A stretch of DNA of 57,856 nucleotides, filler included, from Trypethelium eluteriae (taxonomy: Eukaryota), in assembly GCA_051942245.1 (NCBI GenBank). It is 2 parts of 2 records of this genome, joined end to end, with 100 filler letters (N's around TTAATTAATTAA, not from the genome) between each part and the next. Parts side by side here need not be neighbours in the genome. Positions count along the whole stretch, not along the records: positions 28,994 to 57,856 come from JAVECL010000301.1; 1 more part is not named here. The stretch is one strand, 5' to 3'. Shown piece by piece: positions 48,625 through 57,856 of this stretch. The number at the start of each line of letters is the position of its first letter. Within the stretch, counting starts at the first letter, position 1. The notes under the pieces were generated by a model that was given only the letters and a program-made list of their open reading frames with translations, made no database searches and had not been told where the DNA came from. A program made the position numbers and the translations under genes.

Positions 48625-50985
48625 ATGAACTCGGTTGAAAGCAATTCTCCAGCGGGATCTGGACAGGTCGCAGATCTTTTGGACTCAATAGATCAGCTCA
48701 TTGATCCCAGATTGTTGGCCCTTGATAACGAAAAACGACAAAGCGACGCGGCCAATCGCCCATCAAAATCGAAAGGAAGACGCCCTCCTAGGAGCACGAG
48801 CAATGTAACATATCGGACACGTAAGAATCCAGAACCTTGGGAACAAGAAATCGTCAGAAAGCAAATTACCTCTGTGGACAAGGACTGCATATACACGAGA
48901 GGTGCTGCCGAGGGCTTCCGGCCATTGCTGAATACTGCAATAGAAGAAGCTGCAGGGATCGATCTTCTCGAGATTCCAAGTCCTGACGATCTCGTACTTC
49001 AGCTAGGTGCTTCGCGCTGGTCTCAAAAAGAATTTGAGATTTTCCTTCGCGCACTCGCTAGGAAAGGCAAGAACGCAACTAAAGATATTGCAACTGCCAT
49101 AGGGTCAAAATCGGAAGTTCAAACCCAAAGTCTACTATTGCATTTGCGCGCAGCCTCACAACAGGAACAACAGTACAAAACTTCGGGAAAGCTTCTCGAT
49201 TATACGACTCAGGTACCGGCTGCGTTCGAGATAAGCGACGGGTGCTGCGAAGCTCTTGAATACGCAGCCACTTCATTGGCTTGGAAGTGTGAGAAGCAGG
49301 ACGTCACTGTAGAGTTCACACGACATGGAGAGAATTGGTTACTCGACAACAAAATGGCGGCGAAGCTAGACAGGGCCTACAACCGTGAAGAGAATGACTA
49401 CAAGAACGACAACCCAGATCCTGATTCCGATGGAGGCGAAGGAGGCGGTTTAATTGTTGACACAGATCCTGGCGAGGAATCGGACGAAGAAAACTCGAAC
49501 GAAGAAGATGGTGCTGAGATTGAACCCGAGCCGCATGAATATGGCCCAGCAACAACCAGTGGGATTCAGACAGACGGTGGAATACAGCAAAGCAAAGAGG
49601 ATGAGGAAAATGAACGGGCGGCTCTCGAATATTGGCCAGCTGCAAGACTTTTTGTCGCCCCGAATTGGCTATCACTCATGGACGAGTTATTTATGCGTCA
49701 AGTACCACCCGAGGGCCCCTACGAGTTTGGGAATGCTCCTGATTGGAGAGCCTTAGCCCTCGAAGGCCAAGTACCTTCAATTTATTACACTGCATTTTCA
49801 GACTTCCATAGCTTGATCGTCAATGTCACCCGACGACTCGTGCAGGCGGTCATCAATCAGGCTCATTCACGTCTTCGAGCCTCCGATAAATATAGTGGAC
49901 AGAGTCTCAACCCGCTCAACAAGGTACCAATGATTTTTACAGCCGACGTGGAAGCAGCTAGAGACCTTCTAGGCATGCCTCAGAATTCACGCGAAATTCT
50001 CGCCGGTGTCGCGAGGAAGTGCAGACTTCAGATGACGAAGTATAGGAAGGGCGTTGTACGCGTTACAGATCATTTTACAACGGAGCAAGCGGTACTACAG
50101 CTTACCAGGTATTCCAAGCAATATGAAGCAGCGTGTAAAATGGCGGCAGCTGCCGAGCCATCCAACGATTCCCTCGAAAACTGGGATAGCGCCGATTTTG
50201 ACGACTCAACTGACGAGCATCAAGAGGATCAAGAGGTCTTAAGCACTGGCGAAGGGCCTGCTAACGAGACGATGTCACGGAAGCGGAAGCGTCTTCCGAA
50301 GTTTGAGGACCGAGCTGAGCCTTACCTTCGGCTTGACCAATGGACCGAAGCTTACGATCGTGTACAGGCTGCTCAGGAAGAACTGCGTCTTTGGCAAGTG
50401 CTTGGGCGGGATCCACCCCTACTTCAGGAGAGAGCGGCATCAGCAAAGCCTTCGCTTGGATCGGGTCGCGCAGGGCTACCAAAGTTTCACGCAGACGCAG
50501 AAGACAGTTGGGAGAACTACACGGACTACCGAGCAGAGTGGGAGACTTATGGCGATTACCACATTCCTCGTAATGCCTTTTGGGCTACGGAGCTGCGGAG
50601 GGATTATCGACGGGCGAAACGGGCGAAAAGGAAAATGGATGTCCAAGAAGCAAAAGCCGCCAGGAGCCGTCATGACGCCGACCGTCAAGATACTGAATCT
50701 CAAGGTCAGCCGAGTGACCGCGAACCCTCTGCGCGTGGCGAAGAAGAGATCGAAGAGCAGACAATTGATGGGTTCCCGGGGGATGGCGAAGGAGACGTTG
50801 AAGAGCAGCCAATTGATGGGTTCCAAGAGGATGACGAGATCTACGAAGATGATGAAGCTCCGCTATCATTCGCTGATGAAGGTCTATACACTGGTCTTTA
50901 TGATGACCCCAGCGTCATGTTCGGTGCAGAGATGGTGCTGGATGCTCAGGGAGATATAGGCGAAGAGTTCGTTGAGGGCATTTGA
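48625..50985 (+). CDS. RRN5: RNA polymerase I UAF subunit Rrn5-like (Myb/SANT + histone-fold)
   Basis: Myb-like WSQKEFEIFLRALARKGK...IGSKS; PAAFEISDGC; AFSDFHSLIVNVTRRLVQ; DVEAARDLLGM. Confidence 0.75.
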   Translation: MNSVESNSPAGSGQVADLLDSIDQLIDPRLLALDNEKRQSDAANRPSKSKGRRPPRSTSNVTYRTRKNPEPWEQEIVRKQITSVDKDCIYTRGAAEGFRPLLNTAIEEAAGIDLLEIPSPDDLVLQLGASRWSQKEFEIFLRALARKGKNATKDIATAIGSKSEVQTQSLLLHLRAASQQEQQYKTSGKLLDYTTQVPAAFEISDGCCEALEYAATSLAWKCEKQDVTVEFTRHGENWLLDNKMAAKLDRAYNREENDYKNDNPDPDSDGGEGGGLIVDTDPGEESDEENSNEEDGAEIEPEPHEYGPATTSGIQTDGGIQQSKEDEENERAALEYWPAARLFVAPNWLSLMDELFMRQVPPEGPYEFGNAPDWRALALEGQVPSIYYTAFSDFHSLIVNVTRRLVQAVINQAHSRLRASDKYSGQSLNPLNKVPMIFTADVEAARDLLGMPQNSREILAGVARKCRLQMTKYRKGVVRVTDHFTTEQAVLQLTRYSKQYEAACKMAAAAEPSNDSLENWDSADFDDSTDEHQEDQEVLSTGEGPANETMSRKRKRLPKFEDRAEPYLRLDQWTEAYDRVQAAQEELRLWQVLGRDPPLLQERAASAKPSLGSGRAGLPKFHADAEDSWENYTDYRAEWETYGDYHIPRNAFWATELRRDYRRAKRAKRKMDVQEAKAARSRHDADRQDTESQGQPSDREPSARGEEEIEEQTIDGFPGDGEGDVEEQPIDGFQEDDEIYEDDEAPLSFADEGLYTGLYDDPSVMFGAEMVLDAQGDIGEEFVEGI

Positions 50986-51877
50986 GCAATGCAAGTCAAG
51001 TCCAGTAATGCTCGTGCTCTGATGGCTTAAAATTCTATGTTACGATATTTGTTCCAAAAGCAACGTGGGAACGATGTAGTGAACATCTCTTTCCGAATCA
51101 GTGACCACAAGTTCCGCGGAGTTGGAGAAGCAGGGAATCGAAGGAGTGGTCACCACAAATGTAGGCGGTGCTCTTTAGTTTCAAGTTTGTCACGCTGATG
51201 TGGAGAATTGTTGAAAAGAGTGTGAGCGACAAAGACCTCTCCCACATCGTTCGTACTACCCCGATATCGGACAGGAAGTGATCTTTATTTCGATAGCGGT
51301 GCAAGAGTTAGCTCGGCTCTACAGTCCTTGACCATGATGAAGCTGGACGGTTTTCGCATCTCAGCCCCTGAAAATGCTCGAAATACCTGCGAGGAAAGGT
51401 CACACAAGGGATTGTAAGTCATGGATGGGATGGCGTGCTGCACGGAATTTCATTCGTTTAAGGAAGTGTCTCTCCGCCAACGTGATCGGTCCGAATTATC
51501 AGCCAAGAGCTAATTGGCCTCACTTAACCCTTTTGTGTGAGCAGTTGAGACTTTGTGTTACAGACGGGAGCCCTCCTGGAATGCCTTCCCCTTTTGGTAG
51601 TTAAATGGCGCTAAGTACGACTTCACATATCACCCTGAGCATGATGTCGTAGGCAGCAATCCCCAAAACACTCTCTTTTGTGGGGCCAGTCATATGAGTG
51701 ATATGGTTTTGTAATTACCTAGGAGACAAGTTCCTTCATATATCAGGTATTCATTCCCTTCTCCTTCATTCGCCAAACTTCCCCTCCGAATTTCTTCTTT
51801 CACAATCAGATCGATCCAAAGAACTTTCCAAAGCACTCTCTAAAACAACTTCAAGAAGTTCCATAGCTTCAACAATC

Positions 51878-52840
51878 ATGTTGTTCTTGACTTTTCTTCT
51901 GACTGGCATCATGGCCTTGGCCAGTGGTGTCCACGGTGGAGCCCTTCGCCGTGATTCTATTTCTCCCTCCACCGACCCACTCACGCAATTGACCGACAAT
52001 GCTACCCTTCTCTTCGCCTGGCAGCTTGTCGGTGGCGCGCCAAGCCAAGATTTCTTGCACTCCATGTGTGCCAACTTCTCTGGGATCTCAGGCACTTGGG
52101 CTGCCGAGGGACTCAACACTGCACTCATTCGCTCGGTAATTATCTTGCGTTGATGTGTTTTGCTCATGGAACTTGAAAGCTTACCTCGGACTCAGGTCAT
52201 CGACTCAGCCGATGGAGCTCCTCCGGACCCGGCCGCTGCAGCGTCTAATGCCACATTCTACAGCTCCGAGATCTTCACCACCCAGATTCTCAACGTCGCT
52301 CCAGGCAACACGGCGTTCCTCAAGTCCATGTGCTCTACAATGAATGCCGAGCTGTTGTCTAGCGCAACTCTCAATGCTACACGGGTGCAAACTGCCGTCT
52401 GTGATGCTGCTGGCTTTCCTGTGCCATCATCAATTCCTGCTGGAGGTTCGCCCGAGACCGAAATACAGATCGCCCAGGACGCCTCGAATCTCTATGGGTG
52501 GGAAGCTGTTGGCATAAGCAACTCGACCGCATTTCTCTCGCTCTACTGCAAGCAATTCAGTACGCTTGGCGCCAATCTCGGCAAGCAGGGCCTCTACGCA
52601 GCAGAGATCCAGCAGATCTTCTGCAACCATGCTAGCTCCCCAATCACGCCTGCGGAAGGCAAGCAGCAAATCATCTACTATTCTACGAGCATCTTCATCC
52701 AGATTCTCGTCAGTATCAGTGAAGACGAGGGATACCTAGGCACACTCTGCTCCGGTCTCAACACGACTGCAATGAACAACATTGGGTTGGATGGACAGCG
52801 CGTTTCATCCTCAGCTTGTGGATCCAGTTCCTCGAAGTGA
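51878..52840 (+). CDS. Secreted protein with four internal Cys-containing repeats
   Basis: Signal peptide MLFLTFLLTGIMALASG then LRR; intron 52136-52195 joins the two ORFs in frame; repeated FL-x3-C...GL-x8-C pattern. Confidence 0.75.
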
Positions 52841-53137
52841 TACTGGACTTGGACAACTTTTACTGCGGTCATGGCGGTGGTCTGATGCAGCAAGAATCTC
52901 CGAGATGCTAATGTGATTTGCATGGAAGTGGTGGAATTAATGATGCTTGAATGATGCTTGAATGACGACTACATTCGCTAGAGAGCTTCGGAACGACACA
53001 GATAGACATGAATAATGCTTACATGATCAGTTATGGACCTAGAAGACTCGAGGTGAAATGTGTAGTCATCCATCTTACATCTCTCAGACCGGTGAATAAC
53101 AGAGATGCTACTATAGAGTGCACGCATTTTTTGCGCC

Positions 53138-53714
53138 AATTATCCCTATCTAGCCTCGAGTCGGCGAGTTTCCTCAACACCGGTGACACTGGATTGCGAG
53201 GAGTTTTCCCGACCAGGTTATTAGAGGTAGGCAGATATATAGATGGGTATCGTTTATCGTTTCTCGTTTACCACGATCATTAGAAGTAGTTGATTACCTC
53301 ACCGGATTCCTTCAGCCTACTTCTGTCCACAAGCTAATTTATCCCTATCTGGCCTCGAGTCGGCGAGATTCTTCGACACCGGTGACACTGGATTGCGAGG
53401 AGTTTTCCCAAACAGGCTATTAGAGGTAGGCGGATGTGTAGACGCGTATCGTTTATCGTTTACCACGATCATTAGAAGTAGTTGATTACCTCACCGGATT
53501 CCTTCAGCCTACTTCTGTCCACAAGCTAATCTATCCCTACCTGGCCGCGAGTCGGCAATTTTCTTCGACACCGGTGACACTAGATTGCGAAGAGTTTCCC
53601 CAAACGGATTATTAGAGGTAGGCAGACGTGTAGATGCGTATCGTTCACCACGAGCATTAGAAGTAGGTAGTTGATTACCTCACCGGATTCCTTCAGTCGA
53701 CTTCTTTCCACAAA
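53138..53714. repeat. Three-copy tandem repeat, unit ~180-200 bp
   Basis: Units begin tatccctat/cct at ~53141, ~53340 and ~53533, and share caccggtgacact, ttagaggtagg and gattacctcaccggattccttcag. Confidence 0.93.
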
Positions 53715-55455
53715 TGGTAAGTCCATTTAGAAGGGCTCGGGTTCGGTGTCTACTGCACCTGTCAGACAGATGCCGTACATACTCCGACGACGTTAGGTGC
53801 TCGGCATTTGATTCCACCCGACTTATGAGTTGCGGTGAAGTTTAACCTTGGAGTAAAGCCTCGTAACCTTGAGGGATAGAAGCAAGTGATGACAGTGTTG
53901 GAGATGGATACAGGAGATGCTCGGGAGCCGACCGAAGAGCAGACTGGATCTTCAAGTTTGTTTATGCGTGCCCTGGCTGCTATATACACTCTTTACTTTT
54001 TTGGTATACCCTACGAAGCCTCCCACTTTCTGGATCTGGAGGCGAATCTGGTAAAGCGGCAGCACGGAGATAGCTCCGGTCGACTCTGGCTAGAAGGTTT
54101 TTCGCTTGCTACGGAGTATTATTACATGAATGAACCCTGCCTGATCTAGCAGATCTACAGCCACCTAAGAATGCCAAGTTACCTTATTCTCTCCATGCTC
54201 ACGACATTTAGCGCGGTGACGCAAAGTCGAGCTTCAAGGTCTTTTGAGTTCTCAGCAGACCAGAAACCACGGCACCGTGGACCTGGAGATCGGAGACTTT
54301 GGAGTCTTCCACTTAGTCGTTGATCTTGCCCGATTTCGGGGGCCCCAGAGCCCCGAAACAAAATCCGAAGGCGCATCATTGCGCCTTTCTGTCTCCCGTA
54401 CGTAGAGCAGAGGGTGTGTTGCAGAGTCTATCAGAGCCCCATTCCTGCGAGAAGCACGCGACGGTTCCTGCATCTCGTACTTCGTATCTTGAAGCATAAC
54501 CACATGGCCTTTCGGAACCACGCTCTCGGGTTAAGATAGACCCCATCCATATGTACTTTCCGTTGAGCGGGCTTGCTTTAAAGAAGAGAGCAACCTTGAA
54601 AGTCAAGCCTAGCCTCGTCTCGGAGTGCGGCATCCGGACAACCATGTCGCGTGGCGGCAAGCATCGCGAAGTTAACTTAGGTAAGGCAAAGCATGCAGTG
54701 CAACCGATTCAGGGCAGCACTTGCTCTGCGGAGTACGTAGTTCCACCTTACTCGGTGTTACTCTTCCAGCTCCAACGTACGTGCCAGTGGTCCGACCACC
54801 AATCCACCCTGTCCTCTCTTGCCTCTTCCCCGACCGCATTCACCCTGCTGGAAAATGTCTTGTGTGAGCAATTATTGACCTCCAAAGACATGGATCTCAA
54901 TACTGCATCCGCATGCTGTGCCTTTGTCCTATCTCGGGGTCCGAAGCGCCTCGAGCATTCAGTCCTAACCAGCAATCCAATTGACAAAGTTCACTAGTTA
55001 CCTAGTTACACTATACTAGTCGTCGATCGCCCATCATGAAGATGTGCATTAGTTACAACACACTAACTAGTGCCCGCTTGTCCGTCACGACTGGGGTGAA
55101 AGCCATGAGGAAGCCATGAGGAAGCCTGGATCAGTGGCACGGAACGCCAAATCATGCGAACTCATGCGAACGTAAGGATTCAAACTTCCCTTCTCTTCGC
55201 ACAAGATTGAAGATCATTTCGCATACTGTTTGGACATTCTGTGAATCTGCGAATCTCACCTAAGTTCGACGAGACGTAATATCGCTGGACCCAGGTAGGC
55301 AAGTAGGCTGCCCAATGACTCGGCAACACCATACCCTGCAACAGTAGGTCTTACTGCAGCAATGCGGATCTTTGCGGCATGGTTCAAATTCGAGGTGCGC
55401 GACCCATGCACCCAAAGGATTCCGTCATGATGTGGTGGGGCTGCGTACTAAGATA

Positions 55456-55465
55456 TGATATAAAG
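55456..55465 (+). promoter_or_regulatory. Candidate TATA box
   Basis: gatataaagg about 150 bp upstream of the ATG at 55611. Confidence 0.4.
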
Positions 55466-55610
55466 GCATCTCTTTCTGGGCAGCTGTAGTGGAGTTGTAC
55501 ATTCTCACTGGCCTTTGACCTTGTCAATTCTCCGTAAGCTCTTGAAGCTCCATATCACTTGACATTCACCTATCGTCATCAAAGCACCCCTACACACCAA
55601 CGTAGCAACC

Positions 55611-57247
55611 ATGAATGGATCAACCACAAACGGGACAAAAAAGGAAAACTTCCATGTGCTGATTATTGGCGCAGGTGAGCTCGAATGAGAGTCAAGGAAC
55701 TGGTGCCTTCAAGCTGACAAAATTAGGGACCACTGGGTTGTCTGTTGCTCAGGGCCTTAAAACGGTACAACACCCAATCATTTCTCTGGTACCGAGTGGC
55801 GCGTCTCATTGACTTTCCATTGTTAGCATGGCATTCCTTTCACCGTCTTCGAGCGTCAAGATGTCGGAAAATATGTTAACTGGCAGCGAGAGTGGAGTAT
55901 GGGTTTCCACTGGGGCTCAAATTACATTGACCACTGGCCGCAAAAGCTCCAGGACAATGTCTGGACGACGCAGAACGATCCAAACGCCAAAATGACCGAG
56001 GAGCAAGACCACTTCATCCCCATCAAGAATGGAAAGACAGGAGAGCTTGTCGTGAAAGTCCCGAGTGAGACAGTGAGGAGGGTTAGCCGGACGAAGCTGA
56101 GGTTATTGCTTTCCACGGACATCGATGTGCAGTATGGCAAGAAGTTCCTGAAGCTCGATGACCATGGAGACAAGATCACGGCCTATTTTGAGGACGGAAC
56201 CACCGCCGAGGGTAACGTCGTCATTGGCTGCGATAGTGGTAAGTACACTTTCGTCTCGATCACTTCTTGATTCGGGAAAGACCAGCGGCTCCTGCAAGCA
56301 AATTTAAATGAGCTGTCTTATCATAGAGCCTCGCTAACATTCTAAAGTCCACAGTAAAGTTCGAGAGGCCGTGCTTTCTCCAGAGAAGATCAATCTGGAG
56401 CATGTACCAGTCACTATCTTTGTATGTGAGACCCATCTATCGACTCAGGAAATGGCTAATAGTACGCAGAATCTTACGCAACAATTCACACGCGAGCAAG
56501 CGAAATTCATCCGAAGCTTCGAGCACCCTTGGCTTTTGGTAAGCATTCTTCGAAACGCTTACCCGATTTAGACAGACTTACTAACATTCAATCTTACTAG
56601 ATAGGCGTCCATCCCGATCAACCCATGCTTGCTTTCATCAACATTGCAAATGTCAAGGAATCCGACAAGCCAGAGAGCGTCGTTTTCCAGATGCTCTATT
56701 CCAAGTGGGGTGGATCCACCCCTGACACCAATGAAGAGCGTCACCGTGTCTTCAAGGAACTAGGACAGCAGCTCTGCGAGCCCTTCAAATCTGCCTCCGC
56801 GTGGGTCAAGGAAGATACATGGATCCACCCCGATCATCTCACGCACTGGCCTAAGCCCGAGAAATGGGATAACCACGGTGGACGTATCACGCTTGCAGGT
56901 GATGCGGCACATCCTATGGCTCCCTGTAAGTTACCACCCCAAGCTTCTCTTTCATCACCGATAATTGCTCTTTCACTAACAAATTCACCTCTTCTGTAGA
57001 CCGTGGACAAGGACTCAACAACGCTCTCGAAGATGCTTCTTACTACATCAAGGCCATCACCAGCGCGGTTGAGGGCAAGAAATCGTTGAGTGAGGCTGTT
57101 GATGCTTACGATGCTGAGGTGCTGGAGCGTGGGAGGAGAGAAATTGATGTCTCCTACAAGCAAGCGGTTGCGTTCCACAATTTTGAGATGATGCAGAACA
57201 GCACAATTGCCAGGCACGGTACTGCCAAGGTCGCGGCTGCCAATTAG
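55611..57247 (+). CDS. FAD-dependent monooxygenase, multi-intron
   Basis: HVLIIGAG|TTGLSVAQGLK, VFER, VIGCD, ITLAGDAAHPMAP, RGQGLNNALEDA; stop TAG at 57245-57247; about seven GT-AG introns. Confidence 0.9.
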
Positions 57248-57856
57248 GGGATTCTCATTTCAAAACTCTCTTATGTGAAATAGTGCTAACTAAAACTACG
57301 GCGGAAGCGTTTTTCCTACACCGTATACCATCATATAGACAGGGAGGGATATGGCGCTGGAAGTAGTGTATCGGGGTGAGAAAGTGAATCACAGCTCGTT
57401 GACCGAGCCTTCAACAGGAGCGGAAATGTCTCAACACTCTTTCCCAGGCAGTTCCAGGCCTTCTATAGCCCGTTCACCCTCATCCACCAAGCCGTTGTCG
57501 TTGCGGTTATCGTGCAGGCGCGGGAATCACACCGTATGGTAATCAAATGATAGAAAGGACAAGAAAATTACTCTCAAATCGTCTTGATTCTTTAATTAAG
57601 CCTACAATATGGAGCAATGGGCAGCCTAGTTCCTTTTTTCTCGCTCCATCTACCAGGTGGAAACACCAGAAGCCAAGGGAGACAGACAGCCGCTAGAAAC
57701 TCGACTAGTCCTACCACACTTAGTCCATCACTCATGAAAAATGTGCCCTGGTTCCGCCAAACGCCCAGCTCACACCTTCACGATAATAGTAATGCCCCCC
57801 TTTCCAGCGCAAAAACCCCTCTCCTCAAATCCTCAAACTCTGATACCCCGGCGTCC

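Noticed and set aside
53138..53714. CRISPR-like array or 5S rDNA
   Set aside because: Eukaryotic context; whole units repeat with no unique spacers; no 5S sequence features recognised.
52938..55175. Short 10-12 bp direct duplications (aatgatgcttg, gccatgaggaa, tcatgcgaac)
   Set aside because: Ordinary slippage duplications.
10575..57247. Secondary-metabolite cluster implied by two FAD monooxygenases
   Set aside because: They are 44 kb apart, separated by housekeeping genes, and no PKS, NRPS or terpene synthase is in the window.

Overview
Gene-dense eukaryotic window from a filamentous ascomycete (Pezizomycotina; short GT-AG introns with CTRAY branch sites). The core, about 18-51 kb, holds housekeeping genes: SLD3, PEX20, SEC13, an AAA ATPase, a PTEN-like phosphatase, a PPR protein, LSM4, NAM9, La/LHP1, IRC3 and RRN5. 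Many are in head-to-head pairs. The flanks are accessory: a decaying patatin-NB-ARC (NLR-like) gene, a large secreted Ser/Gly-rich protein, a GH76, two FAD monooxygenases, a putative glycosyltransferase-like protein, a secreted four-repeat protein and a ~195-bp tandem repeat. A 100-nt scaffold gap carries an artificial TTAATTAATTAA linker. The most striking unexplained signal is a recurring, gene-strand-independent switch from C-rich to G-rich sequence every few kb. Non-canonical SEC13 residues track this skew. All calls are by eye; no database searches were run.
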